From Planctomycetota bacterium (GTDB taxonomy: Bacteria > Planctomycetota > UBA1135), in assembly GCA_045047305.1 (NCBI GenBank), contig JASFYO010000068.1, positions 1 to 33,426 on the forward strand: 33,426 nucleotides of DNA, in the 5' to 3' direction. A model generated the notes under the pieces. The model worked only from the letters and a program-made list of their open reading frames with translations. It ran no database searches and was not told where the DNA came from. Below are positions 8,503-16,394 of the stretch, piece by piece. A program made the translations under genes and the position numbers. Each line of letters opens with the position of its first letter. Within the stretch, counting starts at the first letter, position 1.

Positions 8503-9378
8503 ATGGAAACTTCGCGCAACATCCTTATCACCGGAGCCTCGACGGGGATTGGCTATACGATTGCTCTTGATTTGGCAAAGCATGGTTATCAGGTATTTGG
8601 GAGCGTGCGCAAGCAAGAAGATGCCGATGCCCTGACTGCCGCCACACCGCCTGGCGCAAAGCCGATCCAAACACTTCTGCTCGACGTCACCGACGAAGCC
8701 AGTGTTTGGGCAGCTGCAGAAGAGTTACAGCGCAGACTTGGCGATGCAGGCCTTGATGGCTTAATCAATAACGCTGGTATCGCGATTGCAGCTCCTTTGG
8801 AGTACATTCCAATTGAGGATTTCCAATTGCAAATGGACATCAACCTCACAGGTTTACTACGCACGACTCAGGCGTTTCTGCCACTGGTAAAAAAGACCCG
8901 CGGACGTGTCGTCAACATTTCCTCCATCGCCGGACGCTTGGCCTTCCCCCTCGCCGGCCCTTACCACGCTTCCAAACACGCTGTCGAAGGTCTCAGCGAC
9001 GTTTTGCGCTTGGAGCTGCGGCGTTATGGCATTGAGGTCGTGGTAGTACAGCCGGGAGCCATCAACACACCGATTTGGGCCACTGCCGGTAAAAAGGCTG
9101 CAGAGATTGGCGAGAAGCTGTCCGCGAAGGCGTTGAAGGATTACGGCAAGCTGATTCACCAAGTGGGCAAAGCTTCTGCCAAAGCTGGCGAGGAAGGAGA
9201 TGATCCACAACGATGCGCCGATGTGGTGCGCACAGCCTTAGAAGCCAAGCGGCCGCGTACGCGTTACATCGTGGGTCATAACGCCAAGATTGGGATGTTT
9301 CTACGTCGCATCTTGAGTGATCGACGCATGGATAAAATCGTGGGTAAAGGATTGGACCTAGAAGAGCGTCTTTCTTGA
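8503..9378 (+). CDS. Short-chain dehydrogenase/reductase (17-beta-HSD/retinol dehydrogenase-like)
   Basis: ITGASTGIG, LINNAGI, NISS, YHASK, VQPGAINT; ATG 8503 chosen. Confidence 0.93.
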   Translation: METSRNILITGASTGIGYTIALDLAKHGYQVFGSVRKQEDADALTAATPPGAKPIQTLLLDVTDEASVWAAAEELQRRLGDAGLDGLINNAGIAIAAPLEYIPIEDFQLQMDINLTGLLRTTQAFLPLVKKTRGRVVNISSIAGRLAFPLAGPYHASKHAVEGLSDVLRLELRRYGIEVVVVQPGAINTPIWATAGKKAAEIGEKLSAKALKDYGKLIHQVGKASAKAGEEGDDPQRCADVVRTALEAKRPRTRYIVGHNAKIGMFLRRILSDRRMDKIVGKGLDLEERLS

Positions 9379-9387
9379 TTGCCAAAC

Positions 9388-9416
9388 TTGCACCGAACAC
9401 CCCGCTAACGTACCTT
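9388..9416 (+). promoter_or_regulatory. Putative sigma70 promoter TTGCAC-N17-TACCTT, 8 nt before the methyltransferase ATG
   Basis: -35 at 9388-9393, exactly 17-nt spacer, -10 at 9411-9416, ATG at 9425, no SD. Confidence 0.6.
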
Positions 9417-9424
9417 TTGCGGCC

Positions 9425-10258
9425 ATGGCTAGGAAGAATCGCAGCAAGAAGAAACCCCGCTACACCGCGGAAGGTGCAGATCGTTATGAGCTCTATGAGG
9501 GCTCCGTCTACGATCCAGATGCCGATCATGATTTCCTAGTGCGCGTCTACCGCACCGCGCGCAAGAGGCGCCCGCTGCATTTACGCGAGGACTTTGCGGG
9601 AACCTCCAAACTGTCGGCACTGTGGGTAGAGAACCATCGCGAAAGCAAAGCTTGGGCTGTGGACTTTGACCCCGAGCCTTTGGCCTGGGGACTGAAAAAG
9701 CATATCGAGCCTTTGGGTGAAAAGGCCGAGCGCCTAGTGCAGATAGAGGAAGATGTGCTGAAGGTGAAAACGCCCAAGGTGGACGTCCTCACCGCCTTCA
9801 ACTTCTCCTATTGGATCTTTGAAGAAAGGGCAGTCATGCTCGACTACTTCAAGAAGGTTTACAAGGCCTTAGACAAGGATGGCATGTTCGTGGTCGACAT
9901 CATGGGCGGCCCGGGAGTGCAGCAGGAATGTGAGGAGCCGCGTGAAGAAGAAGGCGGCTTTACTTATATTTGGGAGCAAGAGGTGATGGATGCCATCACC
10001 GGTCACATTGACTGCCACATTCACTTTGAATTTGAAGATGGCACTGAGCTCCGCAATGCCTTCGATTACAGCTGGCGAGTTTGGTCGCTTACAGAACTGC
10101 GCGACATCATGCTCGAAGCCGGGTTTGAGACCATGGATACCTATTGGGAAGGCACCGACAAGCATGGTGAAGGCGACGGCGTGTTCAAAAAGAAGAAAAA
10201 CGCAGAAAACGAGGAGACTTGGATTGCCTACCTCGTGGCTTGGAAAAACAAGCCTTAG
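9425..10258 (+). CDS. Class I SAM-dependent methyltransferase
   Basis: LREDFAGT motif-I variant, AVDFD, AFNFSYW, ALDKDGMFVVD, WRVWSLTELRDIMLEAGF. Confidence 0.85.
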   Translation: MARKNRSKKKPRYTAEGADRYELYEGSVYDPDADHDFLVRVYRTARKRRPLHLREDFAGTSKLSALWVENHRESKAWAVDFDPEPLAWGLKKHIEPLGEKAERLVQIEEDVLKVKTPKVDVLTAFNFSYWIFEERAVMLDYFKKVYKALDKDGMFVVDIMGGPGVQQECEEPREEEGGFTYIWEQEVMDAITGHIDCHIHFEFEDGTELRNAFDYSWRVWSLTELRDIMLEAGFETMDTYWEGTDKHGEGDGVFKKKKNAENEETWIAYLVAWKNKP

Positions 10259-10271
10259 GCTTGCGCTTAAT

Positions 10272-10538
10272 TCACCAGTACCCAATATTCCCCAAAGGGG
10301 TCGCGGTGGGCCCGGGGCCAAGAGAGGACAACACGAGAACGGACTCGGCTCCAGCAGAAAGGCTGGTGACATTGATTTGCATAAAGCCGCCCGCTTGGGG
10401 AGTGCTCGTGGTCAGTGAAGGCTTGTCATTGGAATAAGTGCGGAAGGTTATCCCAAAGCTCTATGGTGACGCTAAAGAGGAGTCTATACAAAAGGAAGGA
10501 GAAAGCGCGCCTACACTTACATTTCCTATCCCACCGAA
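10272..10538 (-). pseudogene. Probable gene remnant (C-terminal part of a secreted protein)
   Basis: Frame reads *FGGIGNVSVGALSPSFCIDSSLASP*SFGITFRTYSNDKPSLTTSTPQAGGFMQINVTSLSAGAESVLVLSSLGPGPTATPLGNIGYW* with an internal TAG at 10461-10463; the second half looks like a beta-strand-rich extracellular domain. Confidence 0.45.
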
Positions 10539-10602
10539 TTATGGCCGGCCTAGGCAGGAGAGAATGAAAGCGAAAGCAAAAATCTGCGCGGCTGGGAGTT
10601 GC

Positions 10603-11988
10603 CTACTCGATGGGCAAATCCATAAAACTCATCATCGCAAGACCGCGATCGTTCCGGATCCAAGGCGTTTGATTACCCGAAGTCCCACTGAACTGCACCG
10701 TAGTCGCGGTAGAGCTACTTGCTAGATGCAGACGCAAGCGATTCCCAACAGCAGTGACCTGGCTAATCACAGTGCCGTCGTCTAATTCCAGGGTAGTCCA
10801 ACTGCCTGGCGGAATGAGGAAGCTACCGCTTACGTTACGGAAATCCAAGAACAGGGAAGTATGGGCCGTGTTCGCCCATGTGGCCGAGAGAACATCGGGA
10901 GCCTCCATATCCGTAAGCGCCGGGGTGCCGTAAAGATGATGCGCCACTTGGGGGCCGAGCTGAGCACCTAAGGAAACGTAAGATGAGTAATGGAAATGGC
11001 AACCATCGTGACCAAAAATACCATTTGCGGTAGCCGCATGCATGCGCTTGCTTTGGTGGGTGAGGCGACGTTGGAAATCACGTAGCTGCAAACTTGGCGA
11101 GCCGCAGCCGCGCCGGACCTGCACAATCCACAAGTGCTCAAGGTTCGCAAAATCTTCATGCCAATCCACGGCCATCGATTCAAAGCCTTCGCGCCACTCG
11201 CGAGCAAATGCGCCATCGGATTCACCTTGGTACCAAAAAATAGCGCGCACAGAATCGGCAATATTGGCTCGCTTCGCGCGGTAGAGCAAACGCCCATAAA
11301 TGGTGCTTAAATCCTCTGGATTGGCTTCGTTTCGTTGATGCTGAGCAACCGTAGTCCCACCCACTGCACCATTTAGCACTGCCACCGGGATTCCCTCCGC
11401 ATCGACAATCTGCCGTGCGAGATCAAGCCCCCACGAACCGATGAAGCCCGGTACATCTTGTTGTTCACCACCTGCAATGTGCCAAGCCAAGTCAGCCCCG
11501 ACCAAAGCGGCATCCATACCGGAATTCCCGAAGCTGCGAATCCATGGCGATTGGTCAGTAACATTTGCCAGTTGTTCGCTGTAGTAATCGGCTGCCACGG
11601 CATTGGACTGGCCATGCACAATAAGGACGTCACCTACCGCAATGTGTGACCAGGAATTCAGGATCTCGTCGACACCATCTCTATTCAAAATGAGAAAGGC
11701 TTCATAGTCCACCAAACCTGCCGGCGCAGTAATCGACAGTTGAAAATTGTGCCTCGTCTCTTCGCCAGCAATGGGTGTCAGAAATTCGGCTTCCTGCTTC
11801 CAGCCATCACTCCCCTGAACTTCCAAACGCAATCGGTTGACGGAGGATGACACTTGCCACACTCCTTCCACTTGAATCTCTCCATGCCCATCTTCGCCAC
11901 GGGGAATCAGCTGCCAATCCTGTGGGGCGGTCGTGACCTCCACGGGACTTGCCGTGCTTTGAAGCGTGAAAAGTAAGAGTGCAAGCAT
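10603..11988 (-). CDS. Secreted SGNH hydrolase, sialate O-acetylesterase/SASA (CE6-like) domain
   Basis: HGQSNA, NGAVGGT, FWYQGESD, HDGCHF; N-terminal signal-like MLALLLFTLQ. ATG 11988 chosen. Confidence 0.85.
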   Translation of the reverse strand: MLALLLFTLQSTASPVEVTTAPQDWQLIPRGEDGHGEIQVEGVWQVSSSVNRLRLEVQGSDGWKQEAEFLTPIAGEETRHNFQLSITAPAGLVDYEAFLILNRDGVDEILNSWSHIAVGDVLIVHGQSNAVAADYYSEQLANVTDQSPWIRSFGNSGMDAALVGADLAWHIAGGEQQDVPGFIGSWGLDLARQIVDAEGIPVAVLNGAVGGTTVAQHQRNEANPEDLSTIYGRLLYRAKRANIADSVRAIFWYQGESDGAFAREWREGFESMAVDWHEDFANLEHLWIVQVRRGCGSPSLQLRDFQRRLTHQSKRMHAATANGIFGHDGCHFHYSSYVSLGAQLGPQVAHHLYGTPALTDMEAPDVLSATWANTAHTSLFLDFRNVSGSFLIPPGSWTTLELDDGTVISQVTAVGNRLRLHLASSSTATTVQFSGTSGNQTPWIRNDRGLAMMSFMDLPIE

Positions 11989-12048
11989 GTCCCACCTTAG
12001 CAAGAAGCGCGCGGCGCATGCCCCTTGCAAAATAAAACACTGCGCCCG

Positions 12049-13548
12049 CTAACCCCCTAGCGATACCCCGTAAACCTTCTTCGCGGTACTCGTCAGATGG
12101 TTCAGGAGGGCATCGGCGCTGAGTGCCTTACCCGTGGCTCGCTCCACCAACTCATGAGTGGTGTAGCGTTTGCCATGTTGGTGGATATGACTGCGTAACC
12201 AGGTTCGAAGCGGCTCAAACTCACCGACGCGGAACATGGCGGGAAGGTCGCCCAAAGCCGCGCCGGCGGCTTCATAAAGTTGCGCACAAATTAAATTGCC
12301 GAGGGTGTAAGTGGGGAAATAACCGAATGCTCCCATCGCCCAATGGATGTCCTGAAGCACGCCATCGGCCACCGAAGGTGCACGAATCCCAAGCAAATCC
12401 TGGTAGGTCTGGTCCCACAGCTCTGGCAATTCCGCCACGGTCACCTTGCCACCGAACAGCTTACGCTCGATTTCAAAACGAGCTGCAATGTGCAGATTGT
12501 ATGTAGCCTCGTCAGCCTCAACGCGAATCAGGCTCGGGCGGCAAGTATTCAGCGCTGGATGCATTTGCGCTGGAGTAAGCCCAGCCTTCTCCGGAAATGC
12601 TGCCACGAAGTGAGGCATCGCCCATTCCCAAAAAGCTTCCGAGCGTCCAACCATATTCTCCCACAAACGCGATTGCGATTCATGCATACCTAGCCCTGTC
12701 GCGTTCCCCAAGGGCGTCCGCACATCGGGGCCGATGCCTTGCTCGTACAAACCGTGGCCGGCTTCATGCATGACTCCGTAGAGCGCAGGACGAATATCGT
12801 TTTCTTGGTAGCGCCAAGTAATGCGGACGTCGCCGCGTCCAAAGGTGGTGCAAAACGGATGCGTGGTTTCATCTAAACGCCCGCCGCCAAAGTCGAATCC
12901 CATCTTGGCCGCAACCATCGAAGTGAACACTTTTTGGGTTGCAGGATCAAAGTTTCCCTGCGCAGGGCTTTCATCGACCACCACTCCACTCTCTTGGACC
13001 GCATGCATAAGCGGTGACAGCACGGAGCTCAACTGCTCGAACATGGGAACGAGTTGCGCCTCGGTGCTCCCCCGCTCGTAGAGGTCGAGCATGGCATCGT
13101 AGGGATTGCCGCCCGGCGATAAAGCCGACGCCTTCTCCTGATTCAATTGCACGGTTTGGGTTAACGAATCCTGAAATAGGCTGAAATCGGATTCTTTCCG
13201 CGCATTCTGCCAAGCTACCAAACCGGTGCTTTCCGCCTCCGCAAGTGCCTTGGTCAAGGCCGCAGACACTTTCGATGCGCGGTCCATCTCTACCCGTGCC
13301 TCCCTCACTGTGGCCTCCAAGGCAGAACCCGGTTCGGCAACTTCTGCAGCAGCCTCTAGGGCATCGCGTAATTCGGATGAAACCAACTTCGCGTGGCGCA
13401 ATCCAGCCAGGGTGGCGAGGATCTTCCCCCGCGCACCAGCCCCTTGGGGCGGCATATAGGTTTCTTGGTCCCACTGCAAAATCGCAGAACCATAAGAGAG
13501 ATCCGCTTGGATCCCCCACAACTCAAAAAATCGTTCTTCTGGGGCCAT
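12049..13548 (-). CDS. Carboxypeptidase, M32 family (Taq-type)
   Basis: LQWDQETYMP, HPFC, HEAGH, HESQSRLWEN, IRVEADE, GVLQDIHW, GYFPTYTLG. Confidence 0.97.
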   Translation of the reverse strand: MAPEERFFELWGIQADLSYGSAILQWDQETYMPPQGAGARGKILATLAGLRHAKLVSSELRDALEAAAEVAEPGSALEATVREARVEMDRASKVSAALTKALAEAESTGLVAWQNARKESDFSLFQDSLTQTVQLNQEKASALSPGGNPYDAMLDLYERGSTEAQLVPMFEQLSSVLSPLMHAVQESGVVVDESPAQGNFDPATQKVFTSMVAAKMGFDFGGGRLDETTHPFCTTFGRGDVRITWRYQENDIRPALYGVMHEAGHGLYEQGIGPDVRTPLGNATGLGMHESQSRLWENMVGRSEAFWEWAMPHFVAAFPEKAGLTPAQMHPALNTCRPSLIRVEADEATYNLHIAARFEIERKLFGGKVTVAELPELWDQTYQDLLGIRAPSVADGVLQDIHWAMGAFGYFPTYTLGNLICAQLYEAAGAALGDLPAMFRVGEFEPLRTWLRSHIHQHGKRYTTHELVERATGKALSADALLNHLTSTAKKVYGVSLGG

Positions 13549-13555
13549 GGCGATG

Positions 13556-13561
13556 ATTATA
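13556..13561 (-). promoter_or_regulatory. Consensus -10 (TATAAT) 7 nt before the M32 ATG (leaderless type)
   Basis: Minus strand reads TATAAT CATCGCC ATG. Confidence 0.6.
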
Positions 13562-13615
13562 AACCGCGAGCCCCAGAAAACGGGAGTTCTATTTCTCTTC
13601 GGCTGGCTTCGTCGC

Positions 13616-15571
13616 CTAAGTTACCGGCACAATGCGGAAATAGTCCAGACCGACATGCTTTCCATCAAGACTACGAATGGTAATGCTGTGATCCGGACGC
13701 GCGATCAAACGCACCTCACCTAAATCCATTTCACCGCTTGGGGCGAACCCCTCACCGGAACAATCAATTGGATCACCTAATTGCTTGCCATCGACCATGA
13801 CGATGAAAGAGCCATAAGCCTCCCCCGTGGCAAACTGCGCATGGATGCGGTACTTTCCAGAGACCGTGATTGAAATTGGCAGAACTAACTCTTGTTCTGC
13901 CTGATCGGTGGACCAATCAAGAAGTTGTAGACGGCTCCAGCGCTGAGAAAAGTCCATAACCGAAAGGATGGCGACCGAAGTCCCTTCCGTCATGCGCAAC
14001 CCCTGCGCGGACTCTCCCTCGAGAGCTCCAGCGGCAAGGAAAAACTCAGGGTCAGGAGTCGGGGCTGGCTTGCGTTGCTCCTGGGGATAGACCCGATCCA
14101 TGGAGCTTTTGGAGCCTTCTTCCGCATACCACCAAGCTAAGGCGCTGTAATCCACTTTGACGCCATCAGGGAAGCTGACCTCAGGTGAATAGTTGAGGCC
14201 ATCAGCCCCGCATGGGGATTCCAGGCCATACATCCGCACCATGCTTATGGTGCCAAAAGCCATAGGCCCTTCTCGATGGGTCACTTGCCCAAATCCGCCG
14301 GGAACGGGACCCGAAGCGTAATCAGCAAAAGCGAATGCACCGTTCTGGGACATAGGCAACAACGAGGGAGATGTTGTGGTAAGCACGTATCCGGCCAATC
14401 GAGCAGGGCCATCCACATGCAGCTCGGCAGCTTTAGGCGTACCACTTTCGACTGCGCGGGTCCAACCAGCGTGCAAAGTCAAAGGGGGGCGCACCTGGCT
14501 AGATGGATAGGCATCGAGCCCAATACGGATTCCAAATCGAGCGGCTGCATCGAAGTCACTACGTACGACAATGCTCATGCCCTTCTTAAAGGCCATGGGT
14601 AAACGGAAATGAAATACCCCCGTTTCGGCATTGAGCCCAACTGCATAGCTATAGAAAGGGTTGGCTCCTGGGGCGCTGCCGAAGAAATCGCCGATGGGCA
14701 CACGAAAGAGAAAGTCGCCTTTGCGCTGGGATAACTTCTCAAAGTTGGTCTCGACCACCAATTCCAATCCGCGCAACATTTCTTCCATCGCAGCTGGAGG
14801 AGTTTTATGAATGAAGGTTAACTCCATCCAACGTACGGTGCCGCTACCCAAAAGGGTCCAGCGGTATTCCCCTAAATCGATTTGATCGCCCTCCTTCCAT
14901 TCAACTTTACGCGAGGCGCCCACCATAAAGGGGTCATGCTCCATGGTGGTTTCAGGCTTTTCACCCGATTGCATAATGGTTGCCACGCGCTTGATATGAG
15001 CCAGATTGGCTTCAATTAACGCATGCGAGATGGGTTCGAAAACAACCCCCTCGCCTAAGTCTGTGCGGTCCACTTGTAGGCGCACTCCCCTATCCTTGGG
15101 CGCAGTATATTCCACCAACATAGATTGGCTAAAGGGAAGAGGTAAATGACTATCCCAAGAGGTTCCAAGCACCATGCCTAATGGGCTTGGTAAGTAGCTT
15201 GGAATACCATTTGCGGCAAACTCTGCGAAATCCCAAGTGAGGGTCGGTGTTTCACTGGCATCGACATAAAAGTTTACCGTGCCAAGCGTGGATGACATCC
15301 ACAGACGCGACACGATGGCCGGGCCAGTCATCTTTATGCGCACAGTGGCTCCAGGCTCCACAAACCGATCTTCCGTATGAACACCTTCGCCTAGGCGTGG
15401 TGCCTCTAACATCCAACGGTAATCGTGCAGGCGATCCAGGAGGTCTGAATAACTTAAGGCATCCACTTTCATTTCCATCATGCCAGGAGATGGAAGCAGG
15501 CTGGATTCCGGTGGAGGCTCTTGCGGAAAAGCCATCAAGAGAGAAGCGCAAAGGAGAGAAGGCCCGAGCAT
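13616..15571 (-). CDS. Secreted DUF2961/GH172-like protein with C-terminal CBM-like domain, apparently non-catalytic
   Basis: Signal peptide; LSYSDLLDRL, GPAIVSRLW, FYVDASETP, LPLPFSQS, VPIGDFFGS, FRLPMAF, LHAGW, VDYSALAWWY, GALEGE, YG..VMVDGKQLG, GLDYFRIVP. The expected WWGEG...GTGTEDY block is absent. Confidence 0.7.
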   Translation of the reverse strand: MLGPSLLCASLLMAFPQEPPPESSLLPSPGMMEMKVDALSYSDLLDRLHDYRWMLEAPRLGEGVHTEDRFVEPGATVRIKMTGPAIVSRLWMSSTLGTVNFYVDASETPTLTWDFAEFAANGIPSYLPSPLGMVLGTSWDSHLPLPFSQSMLVEYTAPKDRGVRLQVDRTDLGEGVVFEPISHALIEANLAHIKRVATIMQSGEKPETTMEHDPFMVGASRKVEWKEGDQIDLGEYRWTLLGSGTVRWMELTFIHKTPPAAMEEMLRGLELVVETNFEKLSQRKGDFLFRVPIGDFFGSAPGANPFYSYAVGLNAETGVFHFRLPMAFKKGMSIVVRSDFDAAARFGIRIGLDAYPSSQVRPPLTLHAGWTRAVESGTPKAAELHVDGPARLAGYVLTTTSPSLLPMSQNGAFAFADYASGPVPGGFGQVTHREGPMAFGTISMVRMYGLESPCGADGLNYSPEVSFPDGVKVDYSALAWWYAEEGSKSSMDRVYPQEQRKPAPTPDPEFFLAAGALEGESAQGLRMTEGTSVAILSVMDFSQRWSRLQLLDWSTDQAEQELVLPISITVSGKYRIHAQFATGEAYGSFIVMVDGKQLGDPIDCSGEGFAPSGEMDLGEVRLIARPDHSITIRSLDGKHVGLDYFRIVPVT

Positions 15572-15577
15572 GGCGGA

Positions 15578-15583
15578 ATTCTA
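15578..15583 (-). promoter_or_regulatory. Putative -10 (TAGAAT) 6 nt before the DUF2961-like ATG (leaderless type)
   Basis: Minus strand reads TAGAAT TCCGCC ATG. Confidence 0.55.
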
Positions 15584-15623
15584 CCTCATGCGCGGGCCCT
15601 TTGGCGGAGAACTGAGCTCCGGA

Positions 15624-16190
15624 TTACTTCTTTCGTGAAGTTTTCTTACGCGCCTTTTTTTTGCCCAAAACCTTCTTTTTAACGGCTTTTTTTGCTGGTT
15701 TTACAGCAACCTTCTTCGCCGCCAGTTTCGCTTTGGTCGAACCAGGCTTGCGCCCAGGCTTACTCTTGCCAGTCGACAGCCCCACAGCGGTGAGACGACG
15801 TTTGAGCTGTAAAGGGCTCATCGCCGCAATCGAGTCCAAGCCTTCTTGCTGTTTCACCCGTGGCCGAGTGCGGCCTTTCTCCCACAGCCAGACGGTATTT
15901 AAACCGACGCCGAGAAGCTTCGCCAAGGAACCTTGGGATAAATGGTGCTGCGTACGCAACTGTCCAACGGTGGAAGAGCGAAAGGTAGAGCGCACTTCTG
16001 GAACCGCGGCAGATTTCTGCGAGCTCACTTTATTCAGCTGTTTTGTCAGGGCATTGACCTGACGCTCGAGATCACGCACACGTATGCGCTCAGCTTGAAG
16101 GTCCTTCAAAAGAGGTCGCACGTTGTTGCGCACCGCCTTGTCTGTTTCCTTACGGATCTCATTCTTAATTAATGTTGCAATGTTTGCCAT
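15624..16190 (-). CDS. XRE-family HTH protein with N-terminal coiled coil and Lys/Ala-rich C-terminal tail
   Basis: MANIATLIKNEIR coiled coil; LRTQHHLSQGSLAKLLGVGLNTVWLWEKGRTRP (HTH_3); tail AKKVAVKPAKKAVKKKVLGKKKARKKTSRKK. Confidence 0.88.
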   Translation of the reverse strand: MANIATLIKNEIRKETDKAVRNNVRPLLKDLQAERIRVRDLERQVNALTKQLNKVSSQKSAAVPEVRSTFRSSTVGQLRTQHHLSQGSLAKLLGVGLNTVWLWEKGRTRPRVKQQEGLDSIAAMSPLQLKRRLTAVGLSTGKSKPGRKPGSTKAKLAAKKVAVKPAKKAVKKKVLGKKKARKKTSRKK

Positions 16191-16344
16191 GGGTTGAATC
16201 GGAGGTATGAGTCAAAAATGACGGAATACATCATAGAGCGATTGTCTAAAAAAAACGATAGAAACCAACCGGTCATCGAGCCACAACAAAATTTAGGAAA
16301 AGGGAAGCGGTACTCAACAGCATGCCCCCCGTTACCCCGCTTGG

Positions 16345-16378
16345 ACCCTTGGCGCTGAAAGTCATCACCACCAAGGGC
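16345..16378 (-). terminator. Stem-loop just downstream of the M16 protease gene (possible terminator or 3' stabiliser; no U-tract)
   Basis: Minus strand GCCCTTGGTG...CGCCAAGGGT pairs using G-U pairs only on this strand; 16 nt after the stop. Confidence 0.4.
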
Positions 16379-16394
16379 ACCGAAGCAATCCTAG

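Noticed and set aside
3577..10258. Possible sulfur/selenium pathway cluster (SenB-like GT, trxB, SLC13, MOSC, SDR, methyltransferase)
   Set aside because: Genes alternate in orientation and seem to have separate promoters; no selD, senA/egtB or cysteine desulfurase is present.
10461..10463. In-frame TAG in the relic as possible pyrrolysine or readthrough codon
   Set aside because: The frame is also closed by an upstream TAA with no start codon, TAG is a normal stop in other genes here, and no pyl genes are present.
9869..10725. ORFs 9869-10372, 9990-10418, 10219-10437 and 10438-10725
   Set aside because: They overlap confident genes, show no motifs, and the gap is better explained by the minus-strand relic.
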